Part shown: positions 27,270-36,991 of the stretch, piece by piece
How the letters are laid out: every line of letters starts with the position of its first letter
How positions within the stretch are numbered: position 1 is the first letter of the stretch
Assembly: GCA_963676615.1 (NCBI GenBank)
Contig: OY781092.1
Location: forward strand, 672,001 to 736,000
Direction: 5' to 3'
Length of the DNA stretch: 64,000 bases
Source of the DNA: Candidatus Cloacimonadota bacterium
Lineage (GTDB): Bacteria > Cloacimonadota > Cloacimonadia > G963667145
Translations under genes and position numbers: made by a program
The notes under the pieces: model-generated
Databases searched by the model: none
What the model saw: only the letters and a program-made list of their open reading frames with translations
Told to the model about the DNA's origin: nothing

Positions 27270-28625
27270 TCAGTCGCTAAATTTTTGCAGTTCGTTTCTG
27301 AACAAACTCTCGATTTCTTGCAATCGCTTTTCGCTGTTAGCCTCAAACCTCATCACCAAAACCGGCTGCGTGTTTGACGCTCTAACAAGCCCCCAGCCAT
27401 CTGCAAAATTGACACGAACGCCATCGATAGCAATGCAATCGTATCCTTGCTCGACGAACGATTTTTTCACCTTCTCCACAAGCGCAAATTTTTTGCTGTC
27501 TTGGCAATCAAATCTAATCTCAGGCGTGTTGTAGAGCTTCGGCAAATCGGCAAGCATATGGCTCACAGGAACGCTGCTTTTGCTCAAAATTTCCAAAAAT
27601 CGGCAAGTCGCATAAATGGCGTCATCAAACCCGAAATATCTGTCTTTGAAAAAAATATGGCCGCTCATTTCGCCGCCAAACTTAATCCCGTCTTCGCTCA
27701 TTTTTTTCTTTATCATCGAATGCCCTGTCTTATACATTATGGGCTGACCGCCTTTCGCAGCGACATCGTCGTAAAAATTTTTGGAGCATTTAACATCGGC
27801 AACCACTTTTTCGCTAGGGTTGTCTTTCAAAAAATCACGAGCAAAAATAGTCAAAATCTGGTCACCAAAAAGCATCTTGCCCTTTTCGTCAATGATGCCA
27901 ATCCTATCGGCGTCACCGTCCAAACCTATTCCAAGATCGCAATCCCAATCTTGCACATTTTCCATCAAATCTTGCATATACTCTGGCACGGTTGGATCTG
28001 GATGATGATTTGGAAAATTGCCATCCTGCTCGCAATACAGCTCTCTCACATCTGCTCCAATTCCGCGCAAAACCGCAGGAGCGATAGGTCCACCTGCTCC
28101 ATTTCCAGCGTCAACAACCACCTTGACGGGCTTTTGCAAAGTAAAACGAGAAATCAAATCTTGGATATAAGCGTTCACAATCCCATCTTGCTCGGTAATC
28201 GTCCCTTCTTCCTGCACAAAATTTCCAGACTCAATAATCGTATAAATCTCCTGAATGTCATCGCCAAAAATGCTGCCAGTGCAACCGATGTTCATCTTAA
28301 AGCCGTTAAACTCTGGCGGATTGTGACTCCCGGTAATCATCACGCCGGCGTCAACTTCCAGATGCTGAATGCTCCAATACAAACAAGGCGTCGCCAAAAT
28401 TCCCGCAACTATCACCTCGGCGCCAGTTTCGGCAAGACCTTTGCTGAATTGCTGAATGTAAATCGGCGAAGACAGGCGAGCGTCGCCGCCAATCACCACA
28501 GATTTTAGGTCTCTATTCGCCAAAAAAGTGCCAAAACCTTTACCCAAAAGATAAACCGTTTCAGGCGTGAGGTCTTTATCCACAACGCCTCTTATGTCGT
28601 ATTGACGAAAAATTTCTTTATTCAT
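27270..28625 (-). CDS. Phosphomannomutase/phosphoglucomutase (AlgC-like)
   Basis: IFRQYDIRG, ITGSHNP, DGDADR, GEMSGH, VRASNT. Confidence 0.93.
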   Translation of the reverse strand: MNKEIFRQYDIRGVVDKDLTPETVYLLGKGFGTFLANRDLKSVVIGGDARLSSPIYIQQFSKGLAETGAEVIVAGILATPCLYWSIQHLEVDAGVMITGSHNPPEFNGFKMNIGCTGSIFGDDIQEIYTIIESGNFVQEEGTITEQDGIVNAYIQDLISRFTLQKPVKVVVDAGNGAGGPIAPAVLRGIGADVRELYCEQDGNFPNHHPDPTVPEYMQDLMENVQDWDCDLGIGLDGDADRIGIIDEKGKMLFGDQILTIFARDFLKDNPSEKVVADVKCSKNFYDDVAAKGGQPIMYKTGHSMIKKKMSEDGIKFGGEMSGHIFFKDRYFGFDDAIYATCRFLEILSKSSVPVSHMLADLPKLYNTPEIRFDCQDSKKFALVEKVKKSFVEQGYDCIAIDGVRVNFADGWGLVRASNTQPVLVMRFEANSEKRLQEIESLFRNELQKFSD

Positions 28626-29230
28626 TATTCACCTTCGTCGTTAAAATATTTCTCAATTTTTGGCAAAATCTCTTGCAACGCTTTGCCGCGGTGACTGATT
28701 TTATTTTTCACCTTTGGGCTCAACTCTCCCAAAGTTTTGTCATATCCCTCTGGCACAAAAATATTGTCGTAGCCGAAACCTTTGTCGCCAATTTCGGCAG
28801 TGGCAATTTCGCCCCTCATAACGCCCTTGCACGCAAAAATCTTCTCGCCATTAGAGTTGCAAAAAGTAACGACCGTCGCAAAAAACGCAGCCCGATCTTT
28901 GGCTCCTTTCATCTCCAAAAGAAGTTTGCTTCGATTATCAGTAAAACTGCAACCTTCGCCAGCGTATCTCGCAGCATAAATCCCAGGTCTGCCGTCCAAC
29001 GCTTCCACGAAAAGCCCCGTGTCGTCCGCCAAACTGTTTTTGCCAGTGAGCAAAGCGACCTCCCGAGCTTTTTTCAGAGAGTTCCCCTCTAAACTGTCTT
29101 GGTCTTCGTTCACCTCGGGCAAATCAAAATCTAGCCCCGACAAAATCTCCAAACCAGAACTCGCCAAAATTTTCTTTATCTCGTCGATTTTGTGTTTATT
29201 GCCAGAAGCGATCAAAAAACTTTTTTTCAC
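28625..29230 (-). CDS. rdgB: Non-canonical purine NTP pyrophosphatase
   Basis: ASGNKHK, ADDTGL, GFGYD, SHRGKA. Confidence 0.93.
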   Translation of the reverse strand: MKKSFLIASGNKHKIDEIKKILASSGLEILSGLDFDLPEVNEDQDSLEGNSLKKAREVALLTGKNSLADDTGLFVEALDGRPGIYAARYAGEGCSFTDNRSKLLLEMKGAKDRAAFFATVVTFCNSNGEKIFACKGVMRGEIATAEIGDKGFGYDNIFVPEGYDKTLGELSPKVKNKISHRGKALQEILPKIEKYFNDEGE

Positions 29231-29233
29231 AAA

Positions 29234-30046
29234 CTACTTTTTCCCCTCGGCGATTTGCTTTTTCAGATACTCAATATTGCTTTCCAAAACCTTAACATTC
29301 AAATCGTCTGGATTGATTTTTTTCACAATTTTCAAAGATTTTCTGTAGTTTTCCAAAGACTCTTTGTAATTTTTGTTGTTCATATAAGCGAGCCCTAAGT
29401 TGTTGTAATCCACGGCTGTTACGATACTTTCCTCGCCAATATTTTGCTTGTCAATCTGCAGCGCCTGTCCAAAATATTTAATCGCGTTCGGAAAATCGGC
29501 GTTATCGCGATAAATCTCGCCAAGATTGGTCAAAGAAGCCGCCATTCTAGCAAAATCGTCTCTGCTCTTCTTGGGCAAACTTTTCAAAATCTCCAAAGAT
29601 TTGAGCAAATTCGCTCCTGCCAAACGATACTTTTTCTCTTCCAAATACACGCCGCCCATATTGTTGTAAAAGCTAGCAAGCACAGCACTTGGACGATCTC
29701 CGTTATGCTTTTTATAAAGCTCCAGCGCCTTCTCGTAAAACTCTTTGGCTTTGTCATACTGCTTGTCTGCGCCATACGCTCCAGCCAAATTGTTGTAAAG
29801 CACGATGTAAAGCTGATTGTCGTCGTCAACCGTGCGTCCATAATAAACAAGCGCGTTTTCGTATTCGGCAATCGCCTCTTTGACTTTCGCCTTATTTTGA
29901 AAATCCATACCTTTGCGAGTCGATTCCTCGGCGATAATCAGCCACTTTTCCTGATTTAGATTATAATACAATTTCACGCCAGAAAAAATCAAAATCGCCG
30001 CAATAACGATCGAAACCAAAATCCAAATTAACTTTTTATTCATCAC
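29234..30046 (-). CDS. Membrane-anchored TPR protein
   Basis: N-terminal hydrophobic helix; repeats YNNLAGAY, YNNMGGVY, LTNLGEIY, YNNLGLAY. Confidence 0.85.
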   Translation of the reverse strand: MMNKKLIWILVSIVIAAILIFSGVKLYYNLNQEKWLIIAEESTRKGMDFQNKAKVKEAIAEYENALVYYGRTVDDDNQLYIVLYNNLAGAYGADKQYDKAKEFYEKALELYKKHNGDRPSAVLASFYNNMGGVYLEEKKYRLAGANLLKSLEILKSLPKKSRDDFARMAASLTNLGEIYRDNADFPNAIKYFGQALQIDKQNIGEESIVTAVDYNNLGLAYMNNKNYKESLENYRKSLKIVKKINPDDLNVKVLESNIEYLKKQIAEGKK

Positions 30047-30518
30047 TTCCTCCCTTGGAGTTTACTATTTTTTTTATTTTTTTTAAAACCTTACTCGAAA
30101 TCTGTTTATTCGCCAAAGAAACCACCTTTTTCGTCGTCTCCAACATATCAGCCTCTCCGCTCCAATTATCCAAAATAATTTTATTATCAATCTCTTTGAA
30201 CAGATAATCAAAAGCGAAAATCGCCAAAATAAAATCTTCCAAAAAGCCGACAAACGGAACAAAATCGGGGATAATATCGATGGGAAGCATAAAATAAGCA
30301 GCCACAGCCGACATAAAAAGTTTGTTAGAAATCGACAGCCTCTTCTCCAGCGCCAATCGGCAAACTAGCACAAAAACATCAGGCAAAAGAAAAAGATAAT
30401 CGCTGACATTTTTGCCTTCGCTCTTCGACTTCCGCTTCACGCTATATTTTTCACGCAACTTTTCATAAAACTGAAACTTCCTTTTCTCTTTCGGGAAAAT
30501 TTCCATTGTTTTGTCCAT
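30036..30518 (-). CDS. YkvA/DUF1232-family protein
   Basis: AYFMLPIDIIPDFVPFVGFLED. Confidence 0.85.
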   Translation of the reverse strand: MDKTMEIFPKEKRKFQFYEKLREKYSVKRKSKSEGKNVSDYLFLLPDVFVLVCRLALEKRLSISNKLFMSAVAAYFMLPIDIIPDFVPFVGFLEDFILAIFAFDYLFKEIDNKIILDNWSGEADMLETTKKVVSLANKQISSKVLKKIKKIVNSKGGSDE

Positions 30519-30550
30519 AAAAAATCCTTATCGTTTATTAAATTAAAAAA

Positions 30551-31480
30551 TTACTCGACGACTCTTGCGCCATTTTTGTTAATTCCAGAACAGTAAAAAC
30601 TGCTTTCAATCCCTTTACTTGCAAAAAGACGAGCAATTTCAGCGGCAATTTCTTTGGCTTTCTCTTTTTGCGTTGTCATCGTAAAAATTGACGGACCAGA
30701 GCCAGAAATCCCGCAGCCTAAAGCTCCCATCTGCAAAGCCAGCTCTTTCGCCTGTAGAAAATGCGGAATAAGCTTTGCGCGGTGCGGCTGAGCTAAAACA
30801 TCTTGCAAGCCAAACTTTATCATCTGCTCGTCCGCTTGGCTAAGTCCCAAAAGCAGAGACGACAAATAACCGCTCTGCCTGACCACATCGCCCATTTCAA
30901 TTTTTTTCGGCAAAACAGCTCTAGCGTCCGCAGTTCTCACCTCAATATTCGGATGCACAACGCCCAAAAAAATATCTAAGCCAAGCTCTATTTCGTTAAT
31001 TATCAGCGGGTCATACGAGTTGACCGACACAATTCCGCCCAGCAAAGACGGAGCGACATTATCCGCATGGGCACTGCCACAAGCGACCCGTTCGCCCTCT
31101 ATGGCAAACTGCACCAGCTCTTTTTTCGCCAAAGGCTCACCCAGCAAATAGTTTGCCGCAAAAATGCCCGCAACCGATGAAGCCGACGAAGAGCCTAATC
31201 CGCTACCAATCGGCATCTTTTTATGCAACTCCACCTCAAAGCCAGCTTGCGAGTCCATATAATCCAAATAGGCTTGAATCGCCACCGTTACGCAATTTTC
31301 CCCAGAATCGTAAGGCAATTTGCCCTCGTCTCCCTGAATTTTTTTAATCACCAAACCTGGCTCTTTTTTCGCCCTCAGCACAACCTCGTCACCAGGAAAG
31401 TCTATCGCCAAACCAAGCAAGTCGTAGCCCGAACACAGGTTTGCGACTGTCGCAGGAGCAAAAACTTTTACACTATCCAT
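30551..31480 (-). CDS. thrB: Homoserine kinase
   Basis: PATVANL, PIGSGLGSS, HADNVAP, ISGSGPS. Confidence 0.93.
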   Translation of the reverse strand: MDSVKVFAPATVANLCSGYDLLGLAIDFPGDEVVLRAKKEPGLVIKKIQGDEGKLPYDSGENCVTVAIQAYLDYMDSQAGFEVELHKKMPIGSGLGSSSASSVAGIFAANYLLGEPLAKKELVQFAIEGERVACGSAHADNVAPSLLGGIVSVNSYDPLIINEIELGLDIFLGVVHPNIEVRTADARAVLPKKIEMGDVVRQSGYLSSLLLGLSQADEQMIKFGLQDVLAQPHRAKLIPHFLQAKELALQMGALGCGISGSGPSIFTMTTQKEKAKEIAAEIARLFASKGIESSFYCSGINKNGARVVE

Positions 31481-31657
31481 TGGTTTGACCTTTTTTTGTT
31501 AAAAAATTAGCTCTCAAAAAAGAAAGAGCTGAAAAACTACATTTTGGACAAAAACCTCAATTTCAAAGTTGATGTCAAGTTTCTTTTTTATATTCAAAAA
31601 AGCAGATTTTGTCGGCAAAAACAAGCGCAAATTATAACGATTTGCCAAAAAAAACGA

Positions 31658-32395
31658 CTAGTATTTAACATCTTTTAGATACAAGCCTTGCGCAGGCGCA
31701 GTAAATTTATATTTCGGTGGAATGTCGTTTTTTTGTAAAAACTCCAAAATTTTTGAACTTGCGGCGTTTTCCTGCAAAAGAACCAAACAACTCCCCACAA
31801 TTCGCCGTATCATATTGTGCAAAAATCTATTGGCAGAGATGCTCACCAGCCAGCCGTAATCAGTCTCGACAATCTCGGCACAAAAAATATCACACCGATT
31901 ATGCTTCAGTTTCGGGTTTATTTTGCAAAAATTGCTAAAATCGTGCTCACCTTGCAGATTTTTCAAATACGCTCCAAATTTCTTAGCATCTATTTTGAAG
32001 TTCGGAAAGCGCGCAAAATGGCGGTGATTGAAAGCGGTGCGAGCTTTACAAATTTTGTAATGATAAACCCTTTCTTTGGCGTCATAGCGCGCGTGAAAAT
32101 CGTCGGCAACTTGGGCGATATCTTCAACCCTCACATCTAGTGGAAGCAAACTGTTGAGCGCTTTCTTCAGATTTGCAAGCTCAATTGCGTCGATGGGAAA
32201 ATCAAAATGAACTGGCTGGCAAAGAGCGTGAACCCCAGCGTCTGTGCGGCCGCTTGCGCATATCGCCACCTCTTTTTTGCAAATTTTCGCCAAAGCCGTC
32301 TCGACAACCTCTTGTATCGACAATCCGTTGATTTGGCGCTGCATACCGACATAGTTTGTCCCGTCGTATGCCAAAATCGCCTTAACTCGCCTCAC
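31658..32395 (-). CDS. truA: tRNA pseudouridine(38-40) synthase
   Basis: YDGT, SGRTDAGVHA, FHARY, FLHNMIR, TAPAQGL. Confidence 0.95.
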   Translation of the reverse strand: MRRVKAILAYDGTNYVGMQRQINGLSIQEVVETALAKICKKEVAICASGRTDAGVHALCQPVHFDFPIDAIELANLKKALNSLLPLDVRVEDIAQVADDFHARYDAKERVYHYKICKARTAFNHRHFARFPNFKIDAKKFGAYLKNLQGEHDFSNFCKINPKLKHNRCDIFCAEIVETDYGWLVSISANRFLHNMIRRIVGSCLVLLQENAASSKILEFLQKNDIPPKYKFTAPAQGLYLKDVKY

Positions 32396-35127
32396 TTTGC
32401 CAGCTCCTGCAAAATTTCGCCAACCTTCGTCGGCAACTCCTTATGGTCGATGATTTCAGTCGTGGCTGGCAAAATCTGCTTGAAAAACTCGCCGTATTTT
32501 TTGGTGAAAATTCTGTTGTCGTAGCTGACAAGAACGCCGTGATCTTCCTGGCTGCGAATAAGCCTACCGAAGCCTTGCTTGTATTTGAGTAGCGCCGTGG
32601 GCAACATATAGTGCATAAACGGATTTTTGTTATGTTTTTGCAAAAATTCCGAAACAGCCTCCACCAGCGGATCGCTCGGCACCACAAAAGGCAACTTGTA
32701 GAGTATCAAAAGCTGCAGCGCGTCGCCCGACACATCTACACCTTCCCAAAACGAGCTGGTCGCCAGCAGAACGCTCGTCTTAACCTTGGCAAACTCCTCC
32801 AAAAGCGACTCTCTACTTTTTGAGCCATCTTGCGACAAAATCAGCCGATTTTTCAACTTCGCCTGCAAAAAATCGCGCGCCTTTTTAACATCGAACAAAG
32901 AGGTAAACAAAATCAAGCTACCGACTTCGTTCTTTTGCAAAACGCTTAAAATGCTCTGCAAAATCTGCTCTCTGCCCAACTCTGTGCCAGGCTGCTCAAG
33001 CCCCTTTGGCACAAAAACCTTGCTCTGCCGCTTGTAATCAAAGGGCGATTCCACCGTTTGCTTCACCACCTCTTTTTGCCCCTCAAGCAAATCTAGCCCC
33101 ATTCTGCTTTCAAAAAATTTGAACTTGCCCCGCAAAGCGATTGTCGCCGAACAAAAAACAAGTGAGTCGATTTTGTCGTAAAAAATCTCTTTCAACTTCT
33201 CCCCAATCTCAATCGGCGTATAGTTTATCGAAAGCGAATAAAAATTTTCTCTGCCGCTCATCCACAGACAATAGTTATCAAAATCAGGATTTTGCAAAGT
33301 CACAAAAAACTCCAAATATTCCTGCGCATTCCTCCGAATCTCTTTCAGATTGTCGCTCAAAACATCGTAATCGGCGATCAGTCCGCTCTCTTGTTGCTCC
33401 AACAAACTTCCCAAAACGCCCAAATTCGCCTGCAATTTTTGCAATTCTCCCGCAACAATTCCAATCTCGGTCTCGCAAATTTTCTTCTTTAGTCGCAGCT
33501 TGCCATAGCTCGACCTCTCCTCAAAAAAAGAAAAAAACTCCTTAAACAAATTTTGCACAGAATCGCTATTTTTAACAATCTCTACCAAATTTTCGCTACT
33601 TTTGTCGAAACTTTTTTTGTCCGCCGCTGGAATTTTTGAGACAGCTAACTTCGATTTTAATAGCGCCAAAAATCCTTTCTGGAAGCGATTTTTGCTGTTG
33701 TGGATCGAGTCCAAAAACTTGCTTATCTGCGTGTAACTGACCTGTGGTCCCAGATACTCCAAAGCCACGCTGTGCAAGTTGTGAGCCTCGTCCACCACCA
33801 CACATTCCGCTTGCGACAAAGTCGGCATTTGCGCCAAAAGTTCGGTCAGCAAAAGCGAATGATTGATAATCGCCACATCACTTTTAGACGCCTGTGCCCT
33901 AGCTTTATACAAAAAACAGTCTCTAAAAAAAGAGCATTTTCGCTTTAAGCAAGAGTTTGGTTCGCTGCAAATCCGACTCCAAAGTCCCAAATTTGTGCCA
34001 AATCCACTATGATAGCTAATATCGCCCGTGGCGGTAAACCACGCCCAAGGCAAAATCAAAAAAAACTGCTTCAGCTGATTTAGCCCAAGCTCCAGTTGAT
34101 CGTTTTTTAGCTGGTTAAACTTTTGCAAACAAAGGTAGTTACCTCGTCCTTTAAGCAGCGCAACCTGAAAATTTATCGGCAAACTTCCCACGAGCAAAGG
34201 CACATCTTTTTTCATCAGCTGCTTTTGCAAATTGATCGTATTCGTAGAGACCACCACCTGCTTGCCCGAGCTTCGCGCATAAAGCAGCGACGGCACCAAA
34301 TACGCCAAAGACTTGCCCGTTCCTGTGCCCGCTTCTGCCAGCAAAATCTGCTTTTTCTCAAAAGCGCTGAGCACATTTTTGGACATCTGCACTTGCGGTT
34401 TTCTGGCTTGATATGTGGCAAATTTTTTGCTCAAACTTCCGCCTTTTTTGAAAAAAGCGTCCAGCTTTACAAAATCTTCTTTCTCAACAAAATGCTCAAA
34501 AAAGTTCACATCTTTTTGATATTTCCGCAAACTAGAGCCACTTAAGATACTTTGCGAAACCAAAAAATCTGACATCTCGCCAAAAAAATCTGCTCCAGCC
34601 ACTCTGGCATCTTTGCCTACATCCGCAAGCAGGCGACACAAATCAGGCGTAAATTTTTCCTGAACATAATCGATTGTTGCGACGATTAAACCCGCTAAAT
34701 TTCTCGGATAGTTTCTATTTCTTTTGACAATTTTTTCTGCCAACTCAAACCGTTGCGCCAAAGAAAGCAAAGTGTGGGAGTTTAAAAACGGAAAAATCGC
34801 TCTGGAGAGCCACAAAAAATCGATAAAGTCGTTTTCTTTCAAAAATTCGCTCAAGCCAAAATCAGCAACAACAAACAAAGGAAAGCCCTCGCACTTTTTT
34901 TTCAAATCTTGGCAAGCTTTGCTAATCTCCAAAAAAGAGGGCAAATCTAGCTCTGAGACACTAGAAAAATTACCGTAATCTTTGGAATCTAACAAAAAAT
35001 TCACTTTCTTACTGACTTTGCCATTTTGCCAAAAAAAAGCGGAAATTGAAACAGGCTTGCCGAGCAAATCGTCGCAGCCGCACATCTCGGCGACCCAAAA
35101 CGAATAATCTTCCGAAAATTTTTTCAT
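32392..35127 (-). CDS. dinG: DinG-family Fe-S helicase with degenerate N-terminal exonuclease-like domain
   Basis: EAGTGTGKS, KGRGNYLC, Cys cluster, DEAH, FWEGVD, QGFGRLIR. Confidence 0.88.
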   Translation of the reverse strand: MKKFSEDYSFWVAEMCGCDDLLGKPVSISAFFWQNGKVSKKVNFLLDSKDYGNFSSVSELDLPSFLEISKACQDLKKKCEGFPLFVVADFGLSEFLKENDFIDFLWLSRAIFPFLNSHTLLSLAQRFELAEKIVKRNRNYPRNLAGLIVATIDYVQEKFTPDLCRLLADVGKDARVAGADFFGEMSDFLVSQSILSGSSLRKYQKDVNFFEHFVEKEDFVKLDAFFKKGGSLSKKFATYQARKPQVQMSKNVLSAFEKKQILLAEAGTGTGKSLAYLVPSLLYARSSGKQVVVSTNTINLQKQLMKKDVPLLVGSLPINFQVALLKGRGNYLCLQKFNQLKNDQLELGLNQLKQFFLILPWAWFTATGDISYHSGFGTNLGLWSRICSEPNSCLKRKCSFFRDCFLYKARAQASKSDVAIINHSLLLTELLAQMPTLSQAECVVVDEAHNLHSVALEYLGPQVSYTQISKFLDSIHNSKNRFQKGFLALLKSKLAVSKIPAADKKSFDKSSENLVEIVKNSDSVQNLFKEFFSFFEERSSYGKLRLKKKICETEIGIVAGELQKLQANLGVLGSLLEQQESGLIADYDVLSDNLKEIRRNAQEYLEFFVTLQNPDFDNYCLWMSGRENFYSLSINYTPIEIGEKLKEIFYDKIDSLVFCSATIALRGKFKFFESRMGLDLLEGQKEVVKQTVESPFDYKRQSKVFVPKGLEQPGTELGREQILQSILSVLQKNEVGSLILFTSLFDVKKARDFLQAKLKNRLILSQDGSKSRESLLEEFAKVKTSVLLATSSFWEGVDVSGDALQLLILYKLPFVVPSDPLVEAVSEFLQKHNKNPFMHYMLPTALLKYKQGFGRLIRSQEDHGVLVSYDNRIFTKKYGEFFKQILPATTEIIDHKELPTKVGEILQELAK

Positions 35128-36161
35128 AAAATCAGCATCGCATCGCCATAACTAAAAAATCTGTAGCCGTTTGCAACCGCTTTTTGATACGCCCGCATCG
35201 TGTTTTCGTAGCCTGCAAACCCCGCAACCATCATAATCAGCGTCGATTCTGGCAAGTGAAAATTGGTCAGCATACCATCGACAATCGCAAAATTTTTGCC
35301 TGGATAAAGAAAAATTTCGGTCTCTTTTACGCCACAACCGACTTTTCCGCTAGAATCAGCAAAACTTTCTAAAGTCCGCACAGATGTTGATCCCACAGCA
35401 ATTACCCGACCTCCAGCTTTTTTCGTTTCGTTTATCAAATCGGCTGTCGACGCGTCAATTTTGCAAAATTCGCAATGCATTTTATGATCTAAAATGTTGG
35501 AAGCGCTCACTGGCAAAAAAGTCCCCAAACCGACATGCAAAGTGACATAAGCGATTTGAACGCCTTTTTTTTTGAGGCTTTCGAGTTTTTCTTGAGTGAA
35601 ATGCAAACCCGCCGTAGGAGACGCAACCGAGCCGTTTTCTTTGGCATAAACCGTCTGATATCGGTCTTTGTCCAAATCGTCTGCTTGCCTTTTAATGTAT
35701 GGCGGAAGCGGCATTTTCCCGACGCTCTCCAGCAGGTTTTTCACCTTTTGTCCGCTGGGCGCAAAAAATTTCACCGTGTTGACCTGCCCATCTTTGCTGA
35801 CAATCTCGGCTCTTAAACCTTTGTCAAAAATCACCGTGTGACCGACTTTTAGGCGAGCGGCAGGCCGCAGCAAACATTGCCAAATGTCGCCATTTAGCTC
35901 TTTGAGCAGAAAAATCTCGACGGCTGCTCCTGTAGATTTGTGGCCAAAAAGGCGGGCAGGAATAACTTTGCTTTGGTTGAGCACCAACAAATCGCCCGCT
36001 AACAAAAAATCATCGATTTGGGCAAACTGCAAATCAAGGCTTTCTCCACTGTTTCTATCCAAAAACATCAAACGGCTCTCGCCCCTATTTTTGGCTGGAG
36101 ACTGCGCAATTTGCTCCTCAGGAAGCTCGAACCGATAACTTTTTGTGCTTAGAAAATCTAT
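35124..36161 (-). CDS. queA: tRNA preQ1 S-adenosylmethionine ribosyltransferase-isomerase; probable ATA start
   Basis: PLPPYI, YQTVYA, PTAGLHF, TLHVG, TNFHLP, YRFFSYGD; conserved N-terminus (FELPEEQIAQ.P...SRL) lies upstream of the ORF-track start. Confidence 0.92.
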   Translation of the reverse strand: MDFLSTKSYRFELPEEQIAQSPAKNRGESRLMFLDRNSGESLDLQFAQIDDFLLAGDLLVLNQSKVIPARLFGHKSTGAAVEIFLLKELNGDIWQCLLRPAARLKVGHTVIFDKGLRAEIVSKDGQVNTVKFFAPSGQKVKNLLESVGKMPLPPYIKRQADDLDKDRYQTVYAKENGSVASPTAGLHFTQEKLESLKKKGVQIAYVTLHVGLGTFLPVSASNILDHKMHCEFCKIDASTADLINETKKAGGRVIAVGSTSVRTLESFADSSGKVGCGVKETEIFLYPGKNFAIVDGMLTNFHLPESTLIMMVAGFAGYENTMRAYQKAVANGYRFFSYGDAMLIL

Positions 36162-36931
36162 TTTTCCACCTTACGCAAGATCGCCTTGAACTTGCCAAAC
36201 AGAAACTCGCTTTCCAGCAAAATCGGTATTTTTTGCTCGTCCGCAGTCAGATACATATAAATCTTTCCCTCGTTTTTGAACAACGCATTATTTGCCAAAA
36301 CCGGACGCACCTTATAGCACTCAACCTCTTTGTCAAAATACGGCGAATAAATTTTTTCTTTGCCCAAAAAAACAGCTTTAGCAAGATAATTGTCGCCATC
36401 GGCAGTAACATTGATATAAAAAGGTTCGTTGGAATCCAGATAGCTGTCGATTTCTTGCATCCTCGTTAGGTAAAAACAGGACAAAATATCTTGCGTCCCT
36501 GCCGAAATCTTCATCATCTTGTCGCTATATTTTTTTGTCTCAAAGTCGTATTTTTTGTAGAGACTCAACTTCTTGTCGTGAAAATAGTAGTGCGTTCGCT
36601 TTTGCCGATAGCTACCCTCGCTCAAATTTTTGCTAAACTCCAGTGGCACCTTTTTCTTTATGTCCCAAATCGATGTAATCGAGTCGCGCACTTTGTAAAA
36701 AACATCAAAAAAACTGTTAGTCTTCGCCGTGGAAACGATTTTGTAAACTTTAATCGTGTCGCCATTTTCAAACAAGAAATCGTTGTAATTTTCTTCGGAG
36801 ATGCTCAAAGTCGCCTCTCCTGCCGTAATCATTCCGTATTCAAGCGAAAAAGTTAGCTTTTCGGGGACAGTGAAACAAAAAATACCACCAAAAAATAACA
36901 AATTTGATAGTATCAATAAAAATTTTTTCAT
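36158..36931 (-). CDS. DUF3108-family exported protein
   Basis: Signal peptide; EKLTF...YG.ITAG.ATL; EGSY; QDILS; IPI......FG motifs. Confidence 0.7.
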   Translation of the reverse strand: MKKFLLILSNLLFFGGIFCFTVPEKLTFSLEYGMITAGEATLSISEENYNDFLFENGDTIKVYKIVSTAKTNSFFDVFYKVRDSITSIWDIKKKVPLEFSKNLSEGSYRQKRTHYYFHDKKLSLYKKYDFETKKYSDKMMKISAGTQDILSCFYLTRMQEIDSYLDSNEPFYINVTADGDNYLAKAVFLGKEKIYSPYFDKEVECYKVRPVLANNALFKNEGKIYMYLTADEQKIPILLESEFLFGKFKAILRKVEK

Positions 36932-36982
36932 AAAAAAACGCTCCTTAGCCGTCTTTTTTTCTAAAAAAAATAACTAAGGAGC
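36932..36982 (-). terminator. Terminator-like hairpin after the HU-bS22 unit
   Basis: GCTCCTTAG...CTAAGGAGC inverted repeat followed by U-tract on minus strand. Confidence 0.55.
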
Positions 36983-36991
36983 TAGGATAAA

